In this document: positions 11,431-25,300 of the stretch, one piece after another
Layout: each line of letters begins with the position of its first letter
Numbering within the stretch: the stretch's first letter is position 1
Source of the DNA: Macrostomum lignano
Taxonomy: Eukaryota
Assembly: GCA_002269645.1 (NCBI GenBank)
Contig: NIVC01001942.1
Location: forward strand, 65,617-129,616
Direction: 5' to 3'
DNA: 64,000 nucleotides
Notes under the pieces: generated by a model
What the model was told of the DNA's origin: nothing
The model's input: the letters and a program-made list of their open reading frames with translations, nothing else
The model's database searches: none
Position numbers and translations under genes: made by a program

Positions 11431-11664
11431 ATGCTTATCAAGGTGAAAACCCTGACTGGCAAGGAGATCGAAATTGACATCGAGCCAACGGACAAGGTCG
11501 AGCGCATCAAGGAGCGAGTCGAAGAGAAGGAGGGCATCCCGCCGCCCCAGCAGAGGCTGATCTTCTCCGGGAAGCAGATGAACGACACAATGACTGCGGA
11601 AGAGCTGAAAATCACTGGCGGCTCGGTGCTTCACCTGGTGTTGGCCCTGCGCGGCGGCTGCTAG
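11431..11664 (+). CDS. NEDD8: NEDD8 ubiquitin-like protein, intronless, 77 aa including a 1-residue C-terminal extension
   Basis: [38 protein letters not shown]...LVLALRGG-C, with the NEDD8-diagnostic Ala72. The true ATG is at 11431; the ORF track starts at an upstream non-ATG codon. Confidence 0.96.
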   Translation: MLIKVKTLTGKEIEIDIEPTDKVERIKERVEEKEGIPPPQQRLIFSGKQMNDTMTAEELKITGGSVLHLVLALRGGC

Positions 11665-12189
11665 AGATGCTTATTCAGTAGGACTCTCGCTTATGCCTCT
11701 ATCTCCTCCCCCGTGAACTTTTTTGTGTTAGATTGTTATTACTCGCAAGTAGACAGTACAGAGGGGAATTATAATCTAATTCAATTTGGCATAACATAGC
11801 ATATTTGAACCGGCTCTTGGACAGTCCGACAGTTGACTGAATTCATAAATATACTGAGCTGAAGCGTTTGCTTGTGTCGCTTAAAATCGGCGTACAATGC
11901 TTTCAAGTTATATCCAGTGCGCCCGGATTTCTTTTATATTTATATATAAATAGAACATCGGCAATTTTCATTTGTCCGCCTATGCTGTATATCCTATCCA
12001 CTTGAAGCTGTCGTAGTTGCAAATAAAATAAGTGAATTTCTCGTTGTGCGGATACTTGTACATGCATTAATTTTTATTATTTTGTGTCTACTATGCAATT
12101 AAAGGTTACAGAGACTTCTAATGTTTACTATTTAAGTCATTTTTGAATGAATTGGTGTGGGTTATATATGAATTGATGATTGCATTTGA

Positions 12190-12470
12190 TTATATTACTT
12201 ATAAAGTAGTAAATTACAGAACAATTTGCAGGAGGGCTGTGGGCACCCTGGCGCAACGCCTTCGGCTACATCGTCCCGCGCACAAGCGCTGACGGCAATT
12301 CTGCCCATCCCGCTGAGTCCTGAGCACATGCAAGCGCGCCAATGCTGTACGCAGGCACAGCACTCATGCAGACGCTCACACAGGGTGTACAGCGGCCCTG
12401 ACTTTCTAATCCTGTCAAGCATGTGCACTCTGTGCCTTGTGGGCTGGCCTTCATGGGTGTAAACTAGCCC
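12190..12470 (-). mobile_element. 5'-truncated copy of the local tRNA-derived SINE family
   Basis: Reverse complement aligns with 52630-52865 (CAAGGCACAG...GGGCCGCTGTACAC..CTGTGTGAG...GCTCAGG...GGGCAG) and with 35429-35600. Confidence 0.75.
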
Positions 12471-13074
12471 GTATGTCTTAGATTGAATGAATTTATTCTG
12501 CAGTTCTTTGTAAGTTGACTTCAATATTTTATTTTGAAATTAGATTCTAAAAGAATTAGCTTTTTGAAGGGTTCTAAATAGGTCTGTAGATAGATTAGGT
12601 CCACAAAATTATTAAAAATATTTACCGACAAGTTACTCAAAGACTCCAGAAAGACTGATGAGCGATTGTTTCTAGGAAAGTCGAGCAGGTTTTGAGCATT
12701 GAGACGAATTACGTGTTCAGACGCTGGTGAGACTCACCGCCTCTACCGGAAAGCAGTGCAGCCACGCAAAATTTTTAATAGCTCTCGTTCTAGACTTGAT
12801 TAACAAGCAGAACAATAAGTGCCAGTTTGTTTTTTCCGAGGTTGATTCTTAAATTTAGCAATTGCTTTTCCTGAAATGCTACTGGAAACCGGCGAGAAAG
12901 CTAAGTTCCGGCGAAATTTATTTAGTGTATCTTTTTCTTAAACCTAAACGAAGTTTTTTATAATGAAACCTCTTGTTTACTAAATTAAATCATATTTGCG
13001 CTAGACGTCAATCTTTCAACTTCCTGTAAAAAATCTGTCGATATTCCTACCGGACAAAGACATTTTCTGCATTC

Positions 13075-13570
13075 AGTTATTAACTAGTAGCTTCAACAGG
13101 TGGCATCGGGTGACTATGGACACCTTGTTGCGAATTTCTGTAGTCTGTTTTCAGAGTCTGAGAACGACCCGGAGTTTGAAGTTTGCCCATTATTGATGCT
13201 TTGGTCAGTGACATAAAAAAATTGCAACAGTTGTCTATAGTCGCAGCTAGTGTCATTTATTGGAGGTTCTGAAGCTTACTTATGCTTGAGAGACTAGCTG
13301 AGGATGTCCAGCAGTGGCTTGAGAAATTAGAGAAATTCGCAACAGGGTTGTCCTTATAGTTACCTGGTGCCACCTGTTGAATGTTCAGAAGCTCTGCCTG
13401 GGTGAAGGCTGTGAAGTGACCAACGAAGTCAGGACTAGGCTGATGCAGACATGTGGTCGACGTGCTGATGAAATTTGGAGGCTTGGCAAGGCTGCTCTGA
13501 CGCGCAGTGCTGATTGGGGTACAAGTGATAGCGCTATTTTGGAAAAAATCCGACCGTCTGGCAGAATTGT
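13075..13570 (+). pseudogene. Possible decayed LTR-retrotransposon gag fragment
   Basis: EDVQQWLEKLEKFA and EVRTRLMQTCG...IW resemble retrotransposon gag segments. A possible LTR end and PBS (TCAACA GGTGGCATC) lies near 13075. No pol or second LTR seen. Confidence 0.3.
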
Positions 13571-14559
13571 CGAATACCTCGACGGTCCGGAGGGCTGGCG
13601 ACTTGATTCTTGTTGGAGGTGCGCAACAAAGAGCTCGCCTGTATTCTGGATTTTCGTGTACCTACGTTGCTCCGTTCCAGCGCAGCAAAAAACTGTCGGG
13701 GTGGGAGGGCCCCCACTTGGTACGAGCTAGTTCAATGAACATAAAAGTGGCTAATTGGTATTCCTTCGGTTAATTGGATTTTCACAATATAACTTCTGCT
13801 AAATTCTCCTCTGTCTGTATTATCCTATTGCATGATTGATTGAATTGTCAACTACTTCTTTCATTCATCTAGCTTTAGTTTTTGTGACCTGGTAAATAGC
13901 GTCAATTTATCTCGCATCTAGTGTTTATAGCATATTCAATCTCTTGCTCTTATCAATCTTTCGGGATAAGATAAAGATAATAGAAATAGTTTTTTGTGTG
14001 TGGCCCATCTGCAATGGCACATAGGCCTAATACACTGCAGAAGTGGCTGCATGCCACTTTTCCAGAAGGAACAATATATAATGTGCGGCAAAGGACACAG
14101 AAGCCCGACAATGCCTATAGATTTATATTTAATTCGACTGTTTAACTCTCGTTTGGTAATCAATCAATAAGCGCCTGCCTGCTCGTGGAATATCTGGAAC
14201 AAGGCCGCCGATGGAATTTCAGTTCGGTTTCGCATTCTATTCTTAAAGGACCGTTCGCTGAATATGTGAATAATTTGCTAACTTATTTGCGCGGAATTTC
14301 TAAGGAATTAAAGGTCACGCTGCCTCTGCGGCACGACCACTGTTGTTCATTTTAAAGTTCTCTCTGAAGGGTACGTATGGGAGAGTGATTTTTAAACCTG
14401 TGCTTTTTTACACTTATCAAAGAGATTAGTTCCGACGAGATTTAAAAATATCTTTTTCCGACCGTGAAGGACAACTGACTGGTTACAATACGAGCGTATA
14501 AATTCTCTAAAATATTTAATGTAGCTTAAGGGGATTGATAGGTCTTCGGCGACACTCGT

Positions 14560-15485
14560 AGATTCCCAGAGACTGTCCGCCACCCTCTCAGATTCCAGAG
14601 GTTGTCCGCCACCCTCCCAGATTTCCAGAAGTTGCCCACTATCCTCCCAGATTTCCAGAAGTTGCCCACTATCCTCCCAGATTTCCAGAAGTTGCCCACT
14701 ATCCTCCCAGATTTCCAGAAGTTGCCCACTATCCTCCAGATTCCCAGAAGTTGCCCACTATCCTCCCAGATTCCCAGAAGTTGCCCACTATCCTCCCAGA
14801 TTCCCAGAAGTTGCCCACTATCCTCCCAGATTCCCCGAGGTTGTCCGCCACCCTCACAGATTCCCAGAGGTTGTCCGGCCGCCACGCTCTCAGATTCCCA
14901 GAGGTTGTCCGGCCACCACGCTCTCAGATTCCCAGAGGTTGTCCGGCCGCCACGCTCTCAGATTCCCAGAGGTTGTCCGGCCGCCACGCTCTCAGATTCC
15001 CAGAGGTTGTCCGGCCGCCACGCTCTCAGATTCCCAGAGGTTGTCCGGCCGCCACGCTCTCAGATTCCAGAGGTTGTCCGGCCGCCACGCTCTCAGATTC
15101 CCAGAGGTTGTCCGGCCGCCACGCTCTCAGATTCCCAGAGGTTGTCCGGCCGCCACCCTCTCAGATTCCCAGAGGTTGTCCGGCCGCCACGCTCTCAGAT
15201 TCCCAGAGGTTGTCCGGCCGCCACGCTCTCAGATTCCCAGAGGTTGTCCGGCCGCCACGCTCTCAGATTCCCAGAGGTTGTCCGCCATCCTCCCAGATTC
15301 CATGAGGTTGTCCGCCATCCTCCCAGATTCCAGAGGTTGTCCGCCATCCTCCAGATTCCATGAGGTTGTCCGCCATCCTCCCAGATTCCATGATTGTCCG
15401 CCATCCTCCCAGATTCCATGAGGTTGTCCGCCACCCAGATTACAAGAGGTTGTCCTGTCCGGCCTCCTCTCAGATTTCCAGAGGC
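14560..15485. repeat. Compound minisatellite (29-30-bp units, then 34-bp units)
   Basis: CTCCCAGATTTCCAGAAGTTGCCCACTATC repeats grade into CTCTCAGATTCCCAGAGGTTGTCCGGCCGCCACG repeats. Confidence 0.92.
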
Positions 15486-15723
15486 TGCCCACACCCTCCC
15501 CATGTCTTACCCCGGTTAAAATTACTGAACTAGCTAGCAACAGTTTTATATCTTTACTTTACTCTGCCAAGTTCCTTTAGAAAACCTGTCAATATGCGCC
15601 CGCACGGTCTGCCCGGACCTGCAAAGCATCAAATAGGTTAAAGCATTTTCAGCTCCAATTTCATTAGCCTTCTTCAAGTCCGCGTTTACGCTACGAGTTG
15701 TGTATAGATTCGCATCGCATGAG

Positions 15724-16198
15724 NNNNNNNNNNNNNNNNNNNNNNNNNNNNNNNNNNNNNNNNNNNNNNNNNNNNNNNNNNNNNNNNNNNNNNNNNNNNN
15801 NNNNNNNNNNNNNNNNNNNNNNNNNNNNNNNNNNNNNNNNNNNNNNNNNNNNNNNNNNNNNNNNNNNNNNNNNNNNNNNNNNNNNNNNNNNNNNNNNNNN
15901 NNNNNNNNNNNNNNNNNNNNNNNNNNNNNNNNNNNNNNNNNNNNNNNNNNNNNNNNNNNNNNNNNNNNNNNNNNNNNNNNNNNNNNNNNNNNNNNNNNNN
16001 NNNNNNNNNNNNNNNNNNNNNNNNNNNNNNNNNNNNNNNNNNNNNNNNNNNNNNNNNNNNNNNNNNNNNNNNNNNNNNNNNNNNNNNNNNNNNNNNNNNN
16101 NNNNNNNNNNNNNNNNNNNNNNNNNNNNNNNNNNNNNNNNNNNNNNNNNNNNNNNNNNNNNNNNNNNNNNNNNNNNNNNNNNNNNNNNNNNNNNNNNN
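15724..16198. other. Assembly gap (475 N)
   Basis: Run of N. Confidence 1.
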
Positions 16199-18134
16199 AA
16201 GGTGCAAAATTGTGATTTTTTGCAAAAAACGCTTCGCACCCTAACTTTTTCAACCTTAGTTTTCCTTAGTCTCAATGCTCACTTTGAATGACCCGGAAGC
16301 TGTCCATACGAAGATTATCTTCGAAGTCGCATTGACATAATTTTTTGAGTAGAATTGTTTCCTTGCATAAATTAAATATATGAATAATTTTGTTACAACC
16401 TCACATGAAAAACACGCGCAATGCATTCACAGTCAGCAATATGTTAAAGATTCCACCCCGAAAGCAGTTCTGGGTGGAAACTTGAACATGTCGGGTTGTA
16501 CAATGACAAACAATCATCATAAGTATAGAGTCTGAGTAAAGCAATCTGATGCTCTAGCCGTTGTTATGCTGCTGTTAAGCACTGTAAACTATTTTTAATA
16601 GGCCTAGCTGCCCAACACGCCTAGCACAAAAGCGATTTGCCTTATTCTTAACGGTCCTTCAACTGCACTGAGCGATGCGAGTTCTCCCAGAGCCAAATCG
16701 CCAGCCGTGGTTACTGTCAGAACCGGGCTGGCCAGCTATTCATCAGGGCCAAAACGGAATCAGCTCCTCTTGTTTTTAGCTGACTTTTAACATCGAATGC
16801 TGCTTTGCCGCAACAATTGCGCAGAATCTGTGAGCTGGCGCCCGGATGCAGAGGCTTGCAGAGGCTGATAAGGACAATGGACGCGACCCGATGGTGATTC
16901 GGCATTCCTGTTAAGCCGAGCCAAACAGGGGCGGGGGCTCTGGGTGATTTGCTTTTGAAAAAAACGTTCTGGCCCTAGCAACTGAAACATTTGGAGCAAG
17001 AGCTTTCACTTAATATTGCCAGTTTCTTCCAGAAGAAGAAGCAGAGACCGGATAGTCCCGCCTTCGAACTCCGACATCAGTCATTTTTTGTCATTTTTTA
17101 CCCAGCTTTCCTTTTTTAAGAAGTTAAAAATCTGTCAACTCTCTTAGATCCCTGTTTCAACAGCGGCACAGATAATTTCTGTCCTGGACCGGCCCGGATG
17201 AAAGCCAAGTCTCTTCAGGAATGGATGGCTCCGGCAGGCAAAAGTTGTTGATAATTTGGGAAGGAGAGAAGAAGGAAGGATAGATTCGCAGATAGGAGGG
17301 GAGTCTGGAGGGGGGTGGCACGGAGCTAATTATCCCAGTCTAAGCTTTTTTGTTCAGCAGCAGAACTAGGTCTTTGTTTGCCCGACAAGCAATGCGAGCG
17401 ACTTGCTAAATGATATTCTCTAGACATTCGTGAGGGGGGGGGACTCCGGATAGCAGAGAGGTCACCGTGCGTTTCTTTTCGATGCAGAATGAGCTGAATA
17501 ATAATGGCAGCGATAACCCGACTGCTTTCGGAAGTTTCCGTTAACTGATGGAGAGCTCCGATAGCGCGGGCCGCAAAGCTTGGAAGCTGGAAAAGAGTTC
17601 CTGGTTCTTCCTCCCCTTTGGCAGCGAGTATCCTCTCGTTGGACTGGCCCGCCAATTCCAAGAGGCTATCATCGAAGGTCTTTGTTTCCACACTGGACCC
17701 ACTCCTTCAAGTCCTTGAGGACAAGAGGCCCCCGGCCCTATAGGACAGGCATATATATATCTAGAGACAGAAGTGACGGATATCGTCGCCATTCTAAATA
17801 TAGCCTAATTGTTAATCACTCACTCCACATTCGCCCCGGGTCCGCTGTTAATTATTGGGGTTCCGCTTGCGTTTTCCACTTGAGAAAAATTCCTTTTTTT
17901 AAATCTTGCATTTTCTGCTCTTAGCGGGTGACTACTGAATTAGTGCTTATATGCTGTGCTAGAATTGTGCGGGATTAGTCAGATAGGATACTAATTTTGT
18001 CAGATTAATATTATCTTTATCAATTCAACATTAGGCTCATCAGATTAACATTGGGTTTATCAGATTAATATTAGGTTTATAAAGTCAATATAAAACCCTC
18101 GGGTCTCAAATTCAACACTCAGACTCAGATCACA

Positions 18135-18665
18135 ACTGCAGCCCTCAGATCCAAACTGCAGCCCTCGGATCCCAAATGCAACCCTCAGATCCCAAATTCA
18201 ACCCTGAGATCCCAAATTCAACCCTCAGATTCCAAAATGCAACCCTGAGATTCCAAAATGCAACCCTGAGATTCCAAAATGCAACTCTCAGATTCCAAAA
18301 TGCAACCCTCAGATTCCAAAATGCAACTCTCAGATTTCAAAATGCAACCCTCAGATTCCAAAATGCAACCCTCAGATTCCAAAATGCAACTCTCAGATTC
18401 CAAAATGCAACCCTCAGATTCCAAAATGCAACTCTCAGATTCCAAAATGCAACCCTCAGATTCCAAAATGCAACTCTCAGATTTCAAAATGCAACCCTCA
18501 GATTCCAAAATACAACTCTCAGATTCCAAAATGCAACTCTCAGATTTCAAAATGCAACCCTCAGATTCCAAAATACAACCCTCAGATCCCAAATTCAACC
18601 CTGAGATCCCAAATTCAACCCTGAGATCCCAAATTCAACCCTCAGATCCCTAATTCAACCCTCAA
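18135..18665. repeat. 21-bp minisatellite CCCTCAGATTCCAAAATGCAA
   Basis: Direct tandem copies. They explain the repetitive ORFs ATLRFQN and MQPSDSK. Confidence 0.93.
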
Positions 18666-19388
18666 ATCCCCTCTTTTACTCACAGCTAAGTTTTCATCTG
18701 AGTATCTAATATTTCATATTGAAGGAGCAAGCAGACTGTGGATGGTTGACAGAAAAGACACTCAAAGCCGCAGCCATCGGGATCATAAACCACCCGCAGC
18801 CCATGCTGGAGGGGGGGGTGCGGTGGTTTCGCTAGTGAAAATAGCGAATTCCAAGGGGCAATTTATCATAATTGTCTCCCCAGAACCTCCACCACCCAAA
18901 CCCCCCATTCGGTTCCTTCTTGCGCCACCCCTCCCCCTTCCTTAAAATCGGGTCCCCCCAAGTTTTACAGCCAGCCAAGACTTCCTTTGCAGTTAATTGG
19001 CAATTGAAAAGCCAGCACTGAGCCTCAACCTGAGCTAGGAAACTCCTGCCTCTTCTGGCAAGAAACCAAAGTCCGCGATAATGGTCAGAAATTAATTGGG
19101 GCAATAGGAGACTATGGGGAGGACCCGAATGGTGAAACTGACTGGCTGGCGTTGCTTCATCATTGGTTGCTGGCGTTTTGGATCCACCAGCGGATCCACC
19201 AGCGGGATCCAATGGCGGCGCGCAGAGGGTCTTCAGCCGGGGTTGGCGCGGACCCTGCCGGATGGAGTCTGCCTGGATTTGCCTTTTTCTTCCCAACACG
19301 AAGGGCGGCACTGCGGGACAGCCTCCCGGATTTCCTAAACTTTGCGTTGGTGTTCAAAATCATAAGCGCTGCGCCCACTGCCTGACCA

Positions 19389-22300
19389 ATGCAAGCCGCC
19401 TGTCAATCAGCCTTTGCCTGCTACCCGCCGACTCAAAACCCTGCGTCCGCGATGTCTGCAGCGTCTGGCGGCGGCGGCAGTCCACTGTTCCCTACAGGTC
19501 ACCCGCAGCAGCAGCAGCAACACCCGCAGCAGCAGCAGTCGCAACAGCTTCATCATCATTTTCCAGCCTCAGCTGGCGGTCTCGGACTGGCGAGTCCTTC
19601 ATCTGTGAGCAGGGTGAGCGGCTGCCACTTACGCTTTACTACTCGTATGTCCATTGCCTAGCGTCAGGTACCGCCCAGTGACAGGGCACAATGCGAAATG
19701 TTAGTCGCTACTGAGGGTCAGATCCTAGTATCAGATCTCACTCACGTTGTCAGATCCCATTGTCAGATCCTAGTGTCAGATGCGTGTCAGATCTTAGTGT
19801 CAGATACGTGTCAGATCCCACTCAGTGTCAGATCCCATTGTCAGACCCTAGTGTCAGATCCCAGTGTCAGATTCCAGTGTCAGATCCCAGTGTCAGATCC
19901 CAGTGTCAGATCCCAGTGTCAGATCCCATTGTCAGATCAAGTATTAAATTTGTGAAAAATTATTAATTTTATGCAGCAGATGAGCATATATTAAACACAC
20001 CCTACTATTAGTAATACAGTAATGGCCCATCAGGATGAGGTCGCAATAAGCCAGGACAAGGATTTTTACAACTATAAGGGAAAAACAATTACAAGTCGAG
20101 GTCAGTCGTTAAAAAGTGACAAAAACGGCTTGTCGCAAGCGGTAACCGCTAAAGCGTGGGAAATGGCCCAATAAAATGGCAGCAAATTTATGAGGGATTT
20201 CTGCCGCCACCGCTTCTAAAGTGACAGAAGATGCAGGTGAAATAAAATTGGGAAAAATTAGCGCTGACCAATTCCCATTTTTCTGTGGGGAATCATTTGA
20301 TGAAGGAGACACTTTTTACTGGAGTAAAATTCAAGCGCTTAAAACTAGTTCGGCTCTCATAAAATCAGAAATCACACCTGAGCAACAAATTGCTAGCTAG
20401 CTGAAACTTGGAAACAGCGGCAAAACATTTCTGTGCTTTAATTAATGACAATCCCGCGTAACGGCAGTAAAACTTGAAGATTTAAGTTTAATTGCGCCAA
20501 ACTCTGTATGACTTCAAGCTTGTTAAAGCTTTCTTAGAGAATACTCTTGAGAAAGACCCGGAACTAGTTAGACAATGAAAGATCGCGAAAGGGGGAATCA
20601 TCAAGCACAGGGAAGCATCAGGAACAGGGAATCATCAGGCACAGGGAATCACAAAGCACAGGGAGTCATCAAGCACAGGGAATCATCAGGTACAGGGAAT
20701 CAACCGGCACAGGGAATCACAAGGCACAGGGGAGCAACAGGAACAGGGAACCAACCGGCACAGGGAATCACAAGGCACAGGGGAGCAACAGGAACAGGGA
20801 ATCAACCGGCACAGGGAATCACAAGGCACAGGGGAGCAACAGGAACAGGGAATCAACAGGCACAGGGAAGCATCAGGCACAGGGAATCATCAGGCACAGG
20901 GAATCATCAGGCACAGGGAATCTGCAGGCACAGGGAATCAACAGGCACAGGGAATCATCAGGCACAGGGAATCATCAGGCACAGGGAATCTGCAGGCACA
21001 GGGAATCATCAGGCATAGGGAATCATCAGGCACAGGGAATCATCAGGCACAGGGAATCATCAGGCACAGGGAATCAACAGGCACAGGGAATCATCAGGCA
21101 CAGGGAATCATCAGGCACAGGGAATCTGCAGGCACAGGGAATCAACAGGCACAGGGAATCATCAGGCACAGGGAATCATCAGGCACAGGGAATCTGCAGG
21201 CACAGGGAATCATCAGGCACAGGGAATCATCAGGCACAGGGAATCTGCAGACACAGGGAATCATCAGGCACAGGGAATCATCAGGCACAGGGAAGCATCA
21301 GACACAGGAAATCACAAGGCACAGAGGAGCATCAGGCACAGGGAATCACAAAGCACAGGGAGTCATCAAGCACAGGGAATCTGCAGGCACAGGGAATCAT
21401 CAGGCACAGGGAATCAACAGGCACAGGGAATCATCAGGCACAGGGAATCATCAGGCACAGGGAATCTGCAGGCACAGGGAATCATCAGGCACAGGGAATC
21501 ATCAGGCACAGGGAATCTGCAGGCACAGGGAATCATCAGGCACAGGGAATCATCAGGCACAGGGAAGCATCAGACACAGGAAATCACAAGGCACAGAGGA
21601 GCATCAGGCACAGGGAATCACAAAGCACAGGGAGTCATCAAGCACAGGGAATCTGCAGGCACAGGGAATCATCAGGCACAGGGAATCATCAGGCACAGGG
21701 AATCATCAGGCACAGGGAATCATCAGGCACAGGGAATCATCAGGCACAGGGAAGCATCAGACACAGGAAATCACAAGGCACAGGGGAGCATCAGGCACAG
21801 GGAATCACAAAGCACAGGGAGTCATCAAGCACAGGGAATCATCAGGCACAGGGAATCATCAGGCACAGGGAATCATCAGGCACAGGGAATCACAAAGCAC
21901 AGCGGAGCTTCAGGCAGAGTGGATTCAAAACAGACAAAATTGAAAGCTATCGATAGAAGTAAAAATAACTGCAAGAATCGAAAAAGATTTTTAAAAATTG
22001 TCGGTAGGTTGAAAAATGTTTTTAGCCTAAATCCAAAATCACCAAAACTTTTCTCTTCTTCAAAGGCTTCGCCTCCCCCGCTGCCAATGGGCGGCTCGGC
22101 TGGGTCACCAGATTCGGAGCCATCAACATCCGTGGCTGCCGCCGCCGCTGCAGCCGCCGCAGCCGCCGCGGCAGCCGCGGCCGCCTCCACGTCGTCGTCA
22201 TCGTCAATCGCCGGCTTCCCGTACGACCCGACCGCCGCCGCCGCGGCCGCCGCTTTCTACGGGTCCGGCAGCGGCTATCATCATGGATATTTCCCTCTGA

Positions 22301-25300
22301 CCGGCTCACACCACCACCAGCACCACCATCCGGGAGTGGCCGCCGCTGCGGCCGCCGCCTCGCCCGCTGACAGTTTCTACCATAGACTACAGGTGCGCTG
22401 CGAATTGAGGGTTTAAATATTAAAAGCCGACCCTGGACAATCAATGTAGAAGGGCGGGATGTTTACTTCACTTGGCTCAGCTGCAGCCAGCGGGTTCCGG
22501 GCGTCCGGATGCAGGGAGGAGACGTCGGCACCAGCCACGGGCAGAGCTAGTGCTGCGGTTCCGCTCAGGGAGATCCGGTGGTGCCAATGCTGCTCCCCCC
22601 CGAAAGAGTCCAGGAGGTGGACGGTTGCTCGCTGGGTAGCCCTTAGGTAGCAGAAGACGGCAGGTGGCAGAGATTCTCGGGCCTGAAAACGTCGAAGTGG
22701 TAGATTGGCCGATTGGCCTATCTTCAATAAAGGCGAGGCATTCACAGATGAAGAACACCTGTGAATGAAGGCAGAATGGAGGTAGCGATCCCCACCATAA
22801 AAGCCATGACCTGAGAGGGCCATGGTTGCCACCCGGATGTCTCTGTAGTTGAGTTCAAGCAGGACACTTCAGAGGGCTGGGGGGGACAGGGGACGGCAGT
22901 CGGAGGCGTCCGCCCACCCTTCTCTGTGCGTGGACACCACCCACTGGCTAATCCATTCCACAATTCTTTTGTTAAAAAATACGTTACAGTTTTAAGAATA
23001 CTTTCTAAGAAACGAAGCGTCCGGAGCTTCTGACACAACTGATGATAAGAATTTCAGGCCCGCTGCAAAACTCTTAAGGTCATTTAGTAAGGGCCATTCT
23101 TTAATACCTCATCCCTGGCTTCCGGCCCAGAATCCACGGCGCTTCAGCTTAATATCGAATTTCTTCACCCATCACCGATCTCCGCAGCCCGGCGCGGCAG
23201 CGATGTCGATGTCCATGTCGGCCGCTGCCGCCCATCACCAGATGCGTCGCGAGGCCGCCGCGGCCGCGGCCGCCGGCAGCTGCTGGAGACCCGGCGGCGC
23301 GGGCGGCCCAGGCGGCGTGACCTCGACCTACGCGCCGGCCTACGACCCCTATTATCCGTACGCGGCAGCGGCCGCCGCGGGTGCCGGCGCCGCGGCTCTG
23401 GACGGAGCGCGCCGGAAAAATGCCACCAGGGAGAGCACGGCTACGCTGAAGGCCTGGCTGCAGGAGCACTTGAAGAATCCCTACCCGACTAAGGGCGAGA
23501 AGATTATGCTGGCCATCATTACTAAGATGACGCTGACTCAGGTGAGAGCCTGCACTAAATTTTGGCTGGAACTGGTCCAGATTCGACCCAGACTCGACCT
23601 GCTAAACTGAAAGATTACCGAAGTTCGAGCCACTAAACTAACAGATGACCCAAGCTCGACCCACTAAACTAACAGATGACCCAAGCTCGACCCACCCACC
23701 AAAACTTACAAATGACCCATCTAACTGACCAAAAGTAAAACCAATCTCCTCTTTCTCATCCCAGGTGTCCACCTGGTTCGCGAACGCCCGCCGCCGACTA
23801 AAAAAGGAGAACCGGATGACCTGGACGCCGAAAACCAAGTCCGAGGAGGGCGTCGACGAGGACGCCGGCGGCGGCGACGAAGCCGACGCTGACGAGGACG
23901 ACGATGACAGCGTCAGGAAGAATGTCGGAGCTGCAATGGACACTGGCCGGCATCCGGGGGCTCACTCGACTGACTCAGGTGAGCTCAGCAGCCTAGCTGC
24001 CTCTCTGCAGTGCAATGGACCCTCACTCTCTCTGCAGTGCAATGGACCCTCACTCTCTGCAGTGCAATGGACCCTCACTCTCTCTGCAGTGCAATGGACC
24101 CTCACTCTCTCTGCAGTGGAATGGACCCTCACTCTGCAGTGCAATGGACCCTCACTCTGCAGTGCAATGGACCCTCTCTCTGCAGTGCAATGGACCCTCT
24201 CTCTGCAGTGCAATGGACCCTCACTCTCTCTGCAGTGCAATGGACCCTCACTCTCTCTGCAGTGCAATGGACCCTCACTCTCTCTGCAGTGCAATGGACC
24301 CTCACTCTCTCTCTGCAATGCAATGGACTCTCACTCTCCCCAGCCCATCACTCAATGCAGTGCAATGGACCTCACTCTCCCCAGCCCATCACTCAATGCA
24401 GTGCAATGGACCCTCACTCTCTCTGCAGTGCAATGGACCCTCACTCTCTCTGCAGTGCAATGGACCCTCACTCTGCAGTGCAATGGACCCTCACTCTCTC
24501 TGCAGTGCAATGGACCCTCACTCTCTCTCTGCAATGCAATGGACTCTCACTCTCCCCAGCCCATCACTCAATGCAGTGCAATGGACCCTCACTCTCTCTG
24601 CAGTGCAATGGACCCTCACTCTCTCTGCAGTGCAATGGACCCTCACTCTGCAGTGCAATGGACCCTCACTCTGCAGTGCAATGGACCCTCTCTCTGCAGT
24701 GCAATGGACCCTCACTCTCTCTGCAGTGCAATGGACCCTCACTCTCTCTGCAGTGCAATGGACCCTCACTCTCTCTGCAGTGCAATGGACCCTCACTCTG
24801 CAGTGCAATGGACCCTCACTCTGCAGTGCAATGGACCCTCTCTCTGCAGTGCAATGGACCCTCTCTCTGCAGTGCAATGGACCCTCTCTCTGCAGTGCAA
24901 TGGACCCTCTCTCTGCAGTGCAATGGACCCTCACTCTCTCTGCAGTGCAATGGACCCTCACTCTCTCTGCAGTGCAATGGACCCTCACTCTCTCTGCAGT
25001 GCAATGGACCCTCACTCTCTCTGCAGTGCAATGGACCCTCACTCTCTCTCTGCAATGCAATGGACTCTCACTCTCCCCAGCCCATCACTCAATGCAGTGC
25101 AATGGACCTCACTCTCCCCAGCCCATCACTCAATGCAGTGCAATGGACCTCACTCTCCCCAGCCCATCACTCAATGCAGTGCAATGGACCTCACTCTCCC
25201 CAGCCCATCACTCAATGCAGTGCAATGGACCTCACTCTCCCCAGCCCATCACTCAATGCAGTCGAATCGCAGAATCCTCCCCAATCAAAATGAATTTCTG

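Noticed and set aside
14526-15540. ORFs of 100-253 aa in several frames
   Set aside because: Produced by stop-poor tandem repeats and open on both strands.
15546-16291. ORFs containing X runs
   Set aside because: Artefacts of the N gap.
17326-17924. Overlapping ORFs of 83-121 aa upstream of Irx
   Set aside because: No recognisable domain or splice structure; more likely regulatory sequence.
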